From positions 506,418,698 through 506,482,697 of the forward strand of contig NC_058131.1 in NCBI RefSeq assembly GCF_016433145.1: 64,000 nt of DNA. Reading direction: 5' to 3'. The translations under genes were made by a program, and so were the position numbers. Below, one piece after another: positions 1 to 12,590 of the stretch. Position 1 is the first letter of the stretch. Every line of letters begins with the position of its first letter. The DNA comes from Gracilinanus agilis. Its lineage: Eukaryota. A model generated the notes under the pieces. It was not told the DNA's origin and did no database searches. It saw nothing but the letters and a program-made list of their open reading frames with translations.

Positions 1-85
1 CCGGGGGGGGGGGTGGAAGGGGAAAGGGGAGCATGAATCATGTAACCATGTTAAAAATGAATATTAATAAATGTTAAAAAAAAAT
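1..85 (+). mobile_element. L1 3' terminus (G-rich tract, catgaatcatgtaaccatg motif, A-tail)
   Basis: Typical marsupial L1 3' end: G-tract, then catgaatcatgtaaccatg...aataaatgtt, then poly(A). Confidence 0.75.
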
Positions 86-1039
86 AACTACAGATAGTGT
101 AAAATACATGGCAGTCTACCTGCTAGGAACACAAAGGCACTATATAAATACAAGTACTCATCACACAAAGACAGATCTAAATAATTGATTAAATATTAAT
201 AGTTCATGGGTAGACTGAGCCAGTATAATAAAATTATAAAGCTCCATAAAATAATTTACTTATTCAGTGCTATAACTACCAGTGGATTACTTTATAGATA
301 TGTAAGGGTGAAAAAGGGGTAGTATGGGTTCAATATATTAAAAGATAGTCACCAGAGGATTGACCTATTATCAATCCTCAATTAAGAATAATCTCATATC
401 AAAAGTGACTTTTATGGAAGTTTATTTACATGAGAAGAGAGAGAGGAAGTAAGGAAATAAGAATCTATCCCACTAATTAATCTAAGTAGATCTTAACCCT
501 CAGGTTAAAGGGCCTGAGGCCCAAAGGTGAATGGAGCAAACTTCATTCACAGAGTCTATAAAAGGAAGTTTCTTAATAGAAGTTCAGGAAGATTCAGATT
601 TTAAACTCACCATGTGGAAGAGTCTGAGTCACGAACTAGCAAAGTTCCCTCAGGTCTCCTTCACCAAACCAGAAGACCTCTCACTCACTCCACTCCCTCT
701 TTTTAAAGGGGTCGCTTATGTGTCACTTCCATTGTCTTCCCCTGGCCTGTGTGTCCAATTACAATAGACATTTTCTCATCCTACACCTAGGTGGTGGGTC
801 AGTCGATTCTGATTAGTCACTCACTCTAGTACACATGGGTTAGGACCTCCCAAGATTGGAGGTACTCTCACCTTTGGTGATTAAATCTAAAGATGGGCAG
901 TGTAGACTTAATCTAATGATCACAGACAGTAAAAAAATAATAATAATAATAAAGAAATTCATCTGGAGGAATAAAAAGTAAAAGTTGTCAAGGGAAATAA
1001 TGAAAAAAAATTAGAGAGAAGAGTCCCTAGCAATATCAG

Positions 1040-1812
1040 GCTATACAGTTTGGCACTGGGTAAGAAACAAATGTTGATTAGTAGAACAGATTCAGTATGC
1101 AACATATAGAAGCATACAAGCCTGGTAGCTAAATGTTCGTTAAAACCAAAAAAAAAAAAAAAAAGATCAGGAATTCACTATTTTTACAAAAACTGTTTGG
1201 AAAACTGGAAGAAATTAGATATAGACTTAATATCTCACACTATATACCAAAACAAGCTCCAAACTAATACATTATTCAGACATAAATGGTGACATGATAA
1301 ACAAATTAGAAAAGCCTGAAAAAAAAACTATATGTCAGGTATATGGATAGGGGAAGAGTTCACAACAAAATAAAGATTCATAAAAGTTAAAATAGATGAT
1401 TTATGTTATATATAATTATATTAAATTATTATGCAAAATTAAACAATTATATAAATTATTTATCATATAAGTATAATGAACCATATGATTGTTTATTATA
1501 TAACTATTAATTATATAAAAATTTAAAAGGTTTTCCACAAACAAAACCAATGCAACTAACATTAGAAGGGATGTCAGAAATTGGGAGGGGAGTTAATCTT
1601 TGCAGCAAAATTCTCTGCTGAAGGTCTCATTTCTAAGATATATAGAGAACTAAGTCGAATTAATAAGAATATGAACCACTCCTCACTTCCTAAATGGTCA
1701 AGGGATATGAATAGCCAGTTGTCGGAGGGAAAAAAATTCAAACTGTTAATAGTTATATGAAAAAAATGTTCTAAATCATTAATTAGAGAAACAAAAATTA
1801 AAACAACTCTAA
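1040..1812 (+). mobile_element. L1 ORF2 3' region relic
   Basis: Degenerate L1-like text (aaaaactgtttggaaaactgg; tttgcagcaaaattctctg..aaggtctcatttctaagatatatagagaact; aaatggtcaagggatatgaatag). Confidence 0.8.
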
Positions 1813-1899
1813 CTCCAAGGAACTCTTTTCTATCTTAACTTTTTGATGAATCAATACAACTCTCCGCTAGCCTATATGTTTTCTAAACATTAAAGAGGC

Positions 1900-3330
1900 A
1901 TACTGTATAAATGGCAGCTATTATTGAATCCTTTATCCCCTTGCCCTATCATCAATTATGCTTTTCCAATCTCCAGTCTCAATTACTTCCACCATCCATC
2001 ACCTTCTCACCTTCAATCCTTTTCATGTAAAGGTGAATGAAGGTGACTGGGTCCATTAAAATTTTTTTACATAAATATCAACTAGACTCTTCCTGCATGA
2101 AGGTAATCCTTTTACATTTCCCGAAATGGATTTATAATTCCACTTCAGTAGGTATTCCTGCTTTTCATCCTTCCTCAATACTACATCTCTTTTCCATTCT
2201 CTCAGCTGTGGACCTTTCATCTTATACCCACCCTGATACCCCTGACAAATTGAGACCATTTACTGAGAGATCTTACTTAACCTTATGTGATATCAGTTAG
2301 GCATCTTTACCAACTATCTCTTCCATTTCCATCTCCAAAAGAGAGATAGCCCTTCTCCTTGTCAAGGCAAATGCATCCTTGATTCCTTCCTGTTGTTTTC
2401 TGCAGGACATTGTGCCCACAATTATAATTTTTTTAATCTTAAAATTTTCACTACTTAGTACTAGCTCATTTTATGCTACCTTCAAACATGTCCATGTAAC
2501 TCTCATCCTTAAAAAAAAATTTGCTTGATTTTGCCGTTCCTGATAGGTATTTTCCTATATTTCTCTTCCCTCTGGCTAAATTACTTGAAAAATTTGTCTC
2601 CACTTGGTGCCTCTACTTCTCAGAGAATATTTTTCAATTTCTGTATTCTGGTTTTTGACAACATTAACTGAAACTGACCTCTCCAAAGTTAGCAACAATC
2701 TCCTGTTTGAAAAATCAAATGGCCTTTTCTTAGTATTCATCCTTATTGACTTCTCTATAACCTTTGACTATAGTCAATGACCATCTTTTCCTGGCACTCT
2801 ATGGGTTTCTCTCTTTTGATTTTCCTCTCTTTTTTGAGTGTTTCTTCTCTTTCAGTTTTGCTGAATTTTCAACCACATCATGCCTGACAAACATGGATAT
2901 TACACAAGATTCTGTCCTACATCTTCTTTTCTGCGGTATTATCTCACTTGGGTTTCCATCGTTTCAATTCTAACTTCTATATAGATGATTCCTAGATTTA
3001 TGAACAATTCCAGTCTTTCTTCTGAGCTCCACTCTCATATACTCACATACCTTGTAGCCATTTTATTTTTTTTTTATTTTTTTTTTACCTTGTAGCCATT
3101 TTAAACTGGAGGTCCTATGGAATTTCAAAGTTAACATGTTAAAAGCAGAAATCATTATCTTCTGCCTCTGCCTCCAACCTTCTCTTCTTTTGACTTCCCT
3201 AATTCTCTTGAAGCTTCCTCCATCATCTAATTTCCTATGCTTACAAACTCCATGTCATCTTTGACTCATCACTTTCATTCATCCCACATATCCAATCTTT
3301 AGTTAAAAAATCTTGTTTTTCCTATCTTCA
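1900..3330 (+). mobile_element. L2 LINE relic including RT region
   Basis: From about 2667 it translates TETDLSKVSNNLLFEKSNGLFLVFILIDFSITFD, matching the L2/CR1-clade RT motif TETAL.KVTNDLL...LILLDLSAAFD. Confidence 0.85.
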
Positions 3331-3339
3331 CATCTGTTT

Positions 3340-4200
3340 TCCAGGTCAATTTTTTAAGTTGTCTGGTTCATAAACATTCTTCCAAATATATGGTCTTCTG
3401 ATTTTGTTTTAAGACTTTTTGTGGTTCCATTGCAGTTTTTGAGTTCCAGTTATTCCATCAGGTTTTTTTCAGTGTCTATTACTTTGCTAAGGGTTCTAAA
3501 ATTTGTTTACTTATTTCCATGCCATCATTTTTTCTTCCAAGTTTCTCATAAATGCTCTAATTTCACTCTCTATTTCTTGCTTTAATTCTTTTTATTAGCA
3601 ACCCACTTCCTCCCCCCCCCCCCCATTACCTGGAGTTCTTATAGCCATTCCATTCTCTTTTTAGGTGTTCTAGTTGTGCTTATAACAGAATTTTTCTCTT
3701 CATCTAGAGACTTCTCCTGGCATTCTCTTATTTCACGAGTATTTCTTCTGCATATTACAGAGTGCTGGATTTGGAGTTAGGAGAAAAACTCAAGTTCAAA
3801 TATTGCCTCAGGTACTTGCTAGCTTGGTGATCCAAAGCAAGTCACTTATCTTCTCAGCCTCAGTTTCCTCATCTGTAAAATGGGGGCAATAATAGCACCT
3901 ACCTCACAAAGTAAGGATTAAATGAAATAAAAAAATGTAAAGTTCTTTGCAATTCTTAGAGAGCTTTATAAATGTTAGCTTTTCTATAGAGTTTTAAGGA
4001 ACGTTGTTTATATCTTCCATCTCTCCAGTGCTTTGTCTTTGGGGACTTCTTTCTTTCCACTTCTCTTAGTTGCTGTTAATGTGCTTTCAGTTTATTTTAT
4101 GCATTTTTAGGTGTTTTGATGTTCTGAGAAAGAACTGGGCTTACAAACAATCTTTTATTTAGCTGTTCTGCCAGAAGTCTAAATTCCTATGTACATATCT
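3340..4200 (-). mobile_element. L1 ORF1-region relic interrupted by a MIR (about 3760-3980, +)
   Basis: T-rich antisense L1-like text; the embedded MIR has the core cctcagtttcctcatctgtaaaatggg. Confidence 0.6.
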
Positions 4201-5039
4201 GCTGGCAAAATGTCTATTAATTTTTTTCTTCACATAATCCTCAGTGTGAGTCCTTTTCAGATGGTCTACAGTTTTAAGAACCATGGAGTTATAAAGACAG
4301 AAGATGACATGGTCCTTGACCTCAAGTGTTTACAATCTGGAGCTCATTCTTCTTTTTGCAGAAAAAAAAATCTGGTCTATGAAAACCCCATAGATTAATT
4401 TTATTCAAGCTTTTGAAAAGAGGACAGATTATCTCAGTAGTAAATGTTAATCATTTGGCCAGTTTAGGAACACTCAAGATATGGAAGTAATTACTTAAAT
4501 TACTTACATTTCACAATGTCCCCACTTAGCCAGAATACACTCAGAAAATTGAATTTCTTAAGCACATTTGCTATTTCATTAGCATACAGATCATAGATTT
4601 AGAGCTGTAGGGGGCCTTAGAGGTCAATGTACCTAATCCTTTCATTTTACAGAGGCAAAAAGAGATTAAATGACTTACCCAAAGTGACAAAGAGTTAGAG
4701 AGAGGATTTTAACCCAGGCCCTCCTCACTCAAAGTCCAACATAGCACTTAGTTTTTTGGGTGAGAGGCAGTATACCCCAAGACTTTTAGGGTGAATCCAG
4801 GAAAAGCTAGGTTCAAGTCCTTTCTCTGACAAATGCTACCTGTATGACCTTGGGTAAATCACCCAACTTCTCAATTTTCTGAGTACTTTTCTAAAATTAA
4901 TGTCTCTTCCCATTAGACTGTGAGCTCCTTTTAAAAATCAAATTTATTTTATTTTTATTTCTGAATTTTCTCACTTCTACTATCCTGCCACCCCCATTAA
5001 GAGAGGAAGAAATACAAAACCCATTACAAATACACACAT

Positions 5040-5041
<2 letters not shown>

Positions 5042-5076
<35 letters not shown>
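5042..5076. repeat. (CA)n microsatellite
   Basis: Direct read. Confidence 0.95.
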
Positions 5077-5077
<1 letters not shown>

Positions 5078-5255
5078 CAGTTAGGTAGCACAGTGGATAG
5101 CGTGGTAGACCTGGAGTTGGGAGGACCTGGATTCAAATTTGACCTCAGATACTTCCTAGCTGGACCCTAGGCAAGTCACTTAACCCTATTTACCTAGTTC
5201 TTGGCCATTCTTCTGTCTTAGAATTAATACTAAAAGAGAAGGTAAGGGTTTAAAT
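5077..5255 (+). mobile_element. tRNA-headed CORE-SINE (opossum SINE1-like, older copy)
   Basis: A/B-box-like head, ggcaagtcacttaacc core, 3' gaaggtaagggtttaaa tail. Confidence 0.8.
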
Positions 5256-5259
5256 ATTT

Positions 5260-5995
5260 ATTCAGACAAAACAAATTTCTTTATTGTCTATGTCCAAAAA
5301 TTCTACACTCAATACCGATTAAATCTCTATCTGGAAGGGGATAGCAAGTTTCATCATGAATCTCCTAGAACTGTTGTTGGTCATGCTGTTGAACAGAGTT
5401 CCTAAGCCTTTCAAAGTTGTTTGTCTTATAGAATATTGATATTGTTTAAATTGTTCTGGTTTTGCTCTTTTTTCTTTCTTTTTTTAAATAAAGTTTTAAA
5501 TAGTTTTCAAATTACATGTCAATACAAACTTCAATAATTATTTTCTGACATTTTGCAATCCATGTTCTTTCCTTTCCTCCCATCTCTCTCCATTTGCCAA
5601 GACAACAAGTAATATGATTTAAGTTGTACATGTAGTATTATGCAATATATATTTCCATGTTCATCATGTTGTGGAAGAAGACACATAATATCTTATTCTA
5701 GAGAAAAATTGTTGAAGGAAATAAAGTGAAGAATCTGAATTCAGGCTTTATCAAACCAAATCTTTGATCTGCATTCAGATTTCATCAGTTTCTTCTATAG
5801 TGATGGGTAGCCTTTATTGTCATGAGTACCTCTGAGTCATCCTGGCTCCTTGCATTGCTGATAATAGTTAAGTCATTCGCTGCTGATCTATGACCACACA
5901 ATATATGTTACGTGTGTTATAACTTGATTTCGAAATTAATAAGCATCCCCTTTGGTTCCAATCCTTTGCCACAACTAAAAGAGATTAGTATATCT
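5260..5995 (-). mobile_element. L1 3' region fragments
   Basis: Antisense L1 3' UTR/ORF2 end text (ttcaaagttgttt, tggttccaatcctttgccacaactaaaagag). Confidence 0.65.
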
Positions 5996-6039
5996 AGATC
6001 CTTTTCCTCTTTCTTTGATCTCTTTGGGATATAGGCCTA

Positions 6040-6960
6040 GTGGAAAAGTGGAGGAAGCAGGGGTCACAGTGAGGACAAAAACAGGATTGGAGGTTATTAT
6101 GCACAAGGCAAAGAATCAATGAGAAAAGATTATGATCTCTTATTAAAGATGTGCTAGAGAAATTTCAGAGTTCATAAAGACTAAAGAGTAATACTTGTAT
6201 AACTTTCATCCTTGAAAAAAAGAACAAGGATATGACCTATACTTCTCTTCCTTTGTGTGCTGAGGTGGACTGGAGAACCAGGTCATGGAAATTGAATAGG
6301 CTGAGGAACTAGGAAGTTAGAGCATGTATACTAAAGTCCCCTAGTACAAGGGCAGGAGTTGGGGTGAAGAGAAAGTCTATAAAGCCAGGCACAGAACTCA
6401 CTGAGGAAAAAGAAGTTCTTCAGGATCGACAGATGATGGCCATCAGGATTTAGACAGACTGGTAGATTTGTAAAATATGAACTCTAAAGGAAGAAATATT
6501 GCTGAGTAATAGTGGTAGGGAAAGCCTGGAACTGGCAATAAGAGGCATTCCAACTCCTCCACCTCAAGCAATAAATCCTCGTGAGAGGAGGGTTTTGGGG
6601 GAATAGAAGGGAGAAGATGATTGAATGTATATAAATGATACGGGAAAGGGCAGCCAAGGATGCAGCTTCCTCAAGAGGAAGCCAGGTCTCAGTGAGTGCC
6701 AGAAATTGAAAGGAATGAGAAAGGAAGACTTAAGAAGAATGAAAGTTTGCTATTATGGAGCAAGTATAGGTGGGAGGGGCAGAGGAATATCCATGGGGAA
6801 GTACATGAAGGCAAAGGTGCAATTTGTTGGGTATGGGGAACAAGGTCTGTATATTAGCAAGAGGATTCAGAATAACTAAGATAGAAGGAGCATAAAGAGG
6901 TGGAAGTATGCTATCCATTGAAGAATAACTCTAGATGACTATCAGTAGTTGAGAGGTCTT
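6040..6960 (-). mobile_element. L2-like LINE relic
   Basis: Purine-rich antisense L2-type text; the ORF calls in this interval are artefacts of it. Confidence 0.55.
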
Positions 6961-6999
6961 TTGAAGAAGGAAAGTGGTTAGAGTATATAATATATATTA

Positions 7000-8220
7000 T
7001 GGATATATAGCACTGATGTTTTTCTTCATTTTATCAAAAACTGGGAAAATTTACAACAAGATTTAACGAAGGGAAAAACAAATCTAATAATCATAATCAT
7101 TAATATGAATATAAGTGGTTTGAAATCACCTATCAAACAGAGAAGAGTGACAGAGTAAAAGATTCAAAGAGAGTTAAATAAAAAGTTTTTTAGTCTAATT
7201 TATGATTACTTAACTAAATGTTTTAAAAGCAAAACTGATATTTAAACAAGGCAATAGTAAAAATAGACAAGAATGAGAGAGCTGGCAAGGAAATTACATT
7301 TTATTTAGAGTCACCCTGGATCATGAAACAATATTAATCAAGAATACTGTGTTTATGTTTCCAAATGCAGGTTCCTAAGTACTTAAAGGAAAAGCTAATT
7401 GAATTATAAAAATTATGGATGGGGAAAATAGTGGCCTGATCCTTAGCAACTTGGAAGCCTAGGGCAGAACCACAGAAAAAGAAAAGGCAAAATAGTTCCT
7501 AGAGAAGAAACCTAACCATGGTCACCATACACATGACCAGAAGGAGTCTACCCATGTCATTCAGAGGTGTAAGAATGAAGTTTTATACAAGCAAACCCCT
7601 TCTCCAAACCTAGACACTGAGCAATCTGAGATGATAGAACAAAGGAAAACACTGATATTACTTTGAGATGGCCAGGGAATAAACCCAAAGGAAAAGAAAA
7701 ATCTCACACAAGTCCAACTAGAGTCCTGAAGGAAAAAAAAAAATCCTGGCCACAAGGACTCTAAGAGGACCTAAAAGAAACTGAACCAGATACTAAGTAG
7801 GAGAAGCCAAGGAAGGAAATATGGCAAGGAGAATGATACCTTAGAACTGAAGATGGAGAACCTTACCTTAAAACCAAATGCCCTGAAAATTAGAATAGGC
7901 TAAACAGAAAACAACAGTTCAATGAGAAAACAAGAAATATTTGAATAAAATCAAAAGAGAGAAAACTATGAGAAAATATAATAAATAAGGAATTTAAAAA
8001 ACAGACCTGAAAAACAAGAGACATTCTAATAATTATTGAGTTATCTGAATATCATGATCCACCTCCCCCCAAGAAGCTTGAATATAATATGTCATGGAGT
8101 AATAAATGAAAACTGCTTGGAATTCTTAGAGACAGAGGGAAAAGGGAAAACAGAAAGAAACCACCAGTTATCCCACTGAAAGAAACCCCAAAATGAAAAT
8201 GCTAATAGCTAATAAAAAGT
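7000..8220 (+). mobile_element. L1 fragments (ORF2 endonuclease region, then 5'/ORF1 region)
   Basis: A-rich L1-like text (aaatacttaaaggaaaagctaattgaattat; acattctaataattattgagttatctgaa; gaaagaaaccaccagttatcccactgaaagaaacccc). Confidence 0.7.
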
Positions 8221-9469
8221 ATTTTTCTTTGTGCCGTCATTTCAGTTCTTCCAATAAATTTCAAAGACTTCTAACCTGATTGAGGATTTTCACATTTAAT
8301 GTAAAGTATATGATTAATTGATATTTAGACATTTTTCATATCATAGTTCATAGATCGGATTGATTATTCTTATCTGACAAGGTGTCTGGCCATAATATCT
8401 TGTCACTGACATTACATGGGAGTGGGGTAACTGACTGACTCAATTCCCCATGCTTACAAAAATACTCAATCGTTATCATAAATTATAGGATAACAGATCA
8501 CATCTTCCACGATTACAGATAGCAAAATTTTTAAAAAAAAAAGACAAGTTATAAAATATAAAATGATAAAATATACAATCTTGGTTATAAAAAATAGATG
8601 CTTTGGCATGAACAAAATAAGTATAGTCAGAATCAGAAGAAAATGTATTTATTTGGAATATTTGCATTAAACAGCTCACATAAAAGTCTGAGATTTTAAA
8701 GCAATATGGAATTAACATAAGGGATGTTGTGCTGTCTCTTCTTGAAATCAGAGAGTCTCAGAAATAGAAAGGATTTCAACAGTCACTGAGCCAAACAATA
8801 CTTGAAAAGGAATCCCATCTATGACATTCCTCATAAGTGACCATCAAGCCTTTGGTTGAGCGTATTCAGTGAGAAGGAATCCATCGCTTTCAAGGCATCC
8901 TCTTCTGGGAGTTTAGTAATTTTTAGGAAGTTTCTTTTCACATTAAACCTAAATATGGCCCTCTGGAGCTTCCAGCCTCATTCTCTGGGACTGACAAAAA
9001 ATCAAATCTGTCTTCTTCTTCAGAGTCATTCAAATCTTTGAAGAAAGCTAAGCTTCCGTTTCCTCATCTATAAAATAAGAGGGCTGGAGTAGAAGGCCTC
9101 CAAGGCCTCATCCAGTCATAAATCTATGACCCTATAACCCTTTAAGTGCCCTTTCCCTTCCCCCTACCAGGTCCTCTCCTCCAAGGTTAAAATCTCCAGT
9201 TTCTTCATCAAATACCTGTGTAGAATGGTTTCTGGTCCCCTCTTTCCAACTCAATCTTTTCAGGCATTATAAAATGGAGGTCAAAATAGCCATCTACTCT
9301 TTATTATTTGTAGGCAGAGTGTACATAAGATCCATGGGTAGCATAAATTGACTTTCAGCCCTTGAACTTGATTTTATCCAAAAGCTCTAATCTTCTCCCT
9401 GACCAAATCTTTAACCAGAGATAATGATGATAATAGCAATTCCGCATATTAATATTATTATAATAGCCA

Positions 9470-9720
9470 TATAGGGTAGTTAGGTGGGACAGTGGACTGA
9501 GTGCTGTGCCTGGAGTTAGGAAGATCTGAGTTCAAATCAGGTTTTAGCCATTTATTAGCTATGTAACCCTTGGTATCATGTCACTTAACCCTATTGCCTC
9601 AATTTCTTCATCTGTAAAATGAAAGAAATGGCAAACCACTCCAGTATCTTTGCTAAGAAAACCCTGGAGAGGGTCATGGAGAGTAGGGCAAGACTGAAAA
9701 GACTCATTAGCAACAAAAAG
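9470..9720 (+). mobile_element. Mar1-like CORE-SINE with RTE-type tail
   Basis: CORE followed by aatggcaaaccactccagtatctttgctaagaaaaccc (9627-9664). Related tails occur at about 16755, 20921, 24011 (+) and about 18121, 31201 (-). Confidence 0.8.
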
Positions 9721-12139
9721 CATTTATGTAGCACTATGAGGTTTGCAAAACACTATAAATATACTTTCATTTTTATCCTCCCAACAACTCTGTGAGGTAG
9801 GAGCAAATATTTTCCTCATTTTGCAGATAAAGAAACTGAGGCATACAGAGAGGCTAAGTGACTTGTTTAGGGACATATAGCTAGTAACCTAAGACTGGAT
9901 TTGAATTTAAAAATTGCTGATCCCAGGACTTATGAAAAAGAATGCTATCCACCTCCAGAGAAAGAATAGTTGGAGTAAAAATGCAGATGTGGAAGCACAT
10001 GATTTATTACTTCTTTATTTGAGTATATGTTTGAGGGTTTTGGTTTTATAAGATTATTAATTTACAAAAATGAATAATATGGAAACATGTTTTGTGTGAT
10101 AATAAAAAAAAAAATAAAACAAGTGTAGGAAAAAAAAGAATTCCTAACCCTGAGGTCCATCACTCTATCCACTGCACCACTTCATACTTTTCAAAGCACT
10201 TTTGCCTTCATAATCTCCTTTCATCCTCACAGCAATTTTATGATGTAATCAGGGTAGGGATTGAGCTGAAGATTAAGGAGAATATAGTAGAGTAAAAAGA
10301 GTTTGAATTCTTATTCTTCCACTCAATATCCATATGACCTTGGACAAGTCACTTCCCTTTTCCAAGGCTCCATTTCTTCAACTAAAAATGAGAGATAATC
10401 TAGATAATCTCTGAAGTCTCTTCCAGTCCTAAATCCTATGCTTCTCACTTTGCAAATGAGGAAACTGAGGCAATAAGAGAAGTAGTATATCCAAAGTCAC
10501 ACAGCTAATAAGTGATGAATCAAGGATTAGAACCCAGGTTTTTTGATCCCTATAGTCCACTGTGCCCAATCCTTGGTGGCAGTGCTGATGGGACCACAAA
10601 TGCTCAAATTTGGGTAGCAAGAGAAAGAGAAAGCAGGAGGGATGGATCACATACCAACTGTAGCACCAACTCTTTAGTCATCAGGAGTTGGCTGTACATA
10701 ATGGAGGAAGCTGAAGCATCATTAGTGATCACAGACACTGAGTTAGAGAATTCTGTGCCAGGTGGATTTGCCAAGCTTCTCTACTCCATTTAATACGTGA
10801 TTCTTTCCAAGGTGCTCCATTAGCTGTGGCCAATGTCAGATGGCCTGAATAAGGCAGGCATCTATGACTGTCAGTAAGATGAACCATAGTAGCCAGAAAC
10901 CTGGTGCCAAGAAACCTAAGTATGGATTCCCAAGGGCTATGGGCCCACCAGCAGGCTCCCATTTTTTCACAGGGTGAGAGGGATGGGATGTGGTGTCATT
11001 TTTATAAGCCAAAGTCTTGAGACTCAAAAGAGCTTTGAATTTGGCTTTGAAGCAGCTAAATTCAGCTCCTGGCTCCATCACTCTCTGTGTGACCTTGGTT
11101 AAGTTGCTTCTCACAGGAGAACCCCATTTGTTTCCTTATTTATGGAGACAGCCAGATTATAGACTCCAAAAGTTCCTTCAGCCTTAAAATTTTAGGATGT
11201 TATATACCTTCCTGGGACAACATTTGTCACATGCCTTCCATGTACTGTTCTGGCAAAGTCATAACTAGGGGCAGGGCTACCAATTGGTTGTTCCAGGGTG
11301 CGAAAGAGCTTTCCTCTCTAAAGAAACTTCCTCTCTATTCTGTAAGTATCAAGTCTATAACAATTAATAGACATGTCTCCCCTATTAGAATGTAACCTCC
11401 TTGAGGGCAGAGACTGTTTTTCCTTTTCTTTGAATTCTTAACACTTAACATATAGTAAGTGCTTAATTAATGCTTATTAATTAAACTATCAGTATTAATA
11501 AAATAATGTTCTAACAATATTAAATATTAGAAAATGTTAATAAATTATAATATTAATTGGAAATATTAATATCTAGTTGTTCTTAATAGATATTAATAAA
11601 TCAATAATAGCATTAATCTAATTATTTAATTAATTAAAAGGGCAGCTGATGTAAAATATGAATACAGGATTAGGTAGTAAGAACGACTGGTTAAAAAATG
11701 AGGCTACCAGATGGCTAAATGAGATGAGCCCTCAGTTTTTCATCTCCTTCCCTTCAGCATTAAACTTTCTTGCAACTGCGCTATCTCACCAGTCTGTGTT
11801 TCTTCTCTACCACAAAGCAGTGTCCTCTCCATTCCTCTATTTCCAACTACAGGTGCCCATCATGCCTTGGGTGTTGTTCCTAATACTTGTTCTTGAGTGA
11901 AAAATTCTTAGTGTCAATTCTGTCAGAAGGAAGCAAGTTCATAGCACTGCCCACTCCCAGTACTCCTGCCTAACTGTTGCCCTACCTTCTTTCTCACCTT
12001 CACCTGAACTACTAATCTGAATACCAGACTCAGGATAGGCTCAGGGGATTTCCTGAATTGGAAGCAACCCTGGGCTGTGGCATTCCAAGATAGCAGCCCC
12101 AAGTCTTCACTCTAGGGGCTTGACCCTTCTAGACATCTC

Positions 12140-12590
12140 AGGGTACGGTAGAGAGAGTTCTGGGCCCGGAAACAAGAATACCTGAATTCAAACTCAGCTT
12201 CACACACTTTCTAGCTGTATGATCCTGGAAAAGTCAGTTAACTTTTGCTTGCCTCAGTTTTTCCCCCTATAAAATGGAGATAATAATAGTACCCATCTTG
12301 AAGGGTTGTTATGAGGATCAAGTGAGATAATATTTATAAAAATTCTAAGCATGGTGCCAGGCACAGAGTTGTTGTTCATCCTTCATTTCAGAAGAAGACC
12401 AATGCCATTGAATTGAATCTAAGTACAAATGAATTGAATTTAAGTGAGACAGAATTGCATAAAGTTGCCATCTTCATTCTCTCTTCCAAAGTCATCTGAG
12501 TCTAGTGGCCTCTCTGTGTGACCTTGGTTAAGTTGCTTTCCATAGGAGAACCTTTATAAATGTAGGTACTCTATAGATGCTTATTCCATT
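12140..12590 (+). mobile_element. MIR whose tail is split by a minus-strand RTE-related SINE fragment (about 12371-12509)
   Basis: The MIR tail ...gccaggcacagagt resumes as gtaggtactctatagatgctt after the insertion. Confidence 0.65.

Noticed and set aside
11460-11640. Extremely AT-rich tract (also 1380-1530)
   Set aside because: Low-complexity decay of TE tails or microsatellite; no periodic structure.
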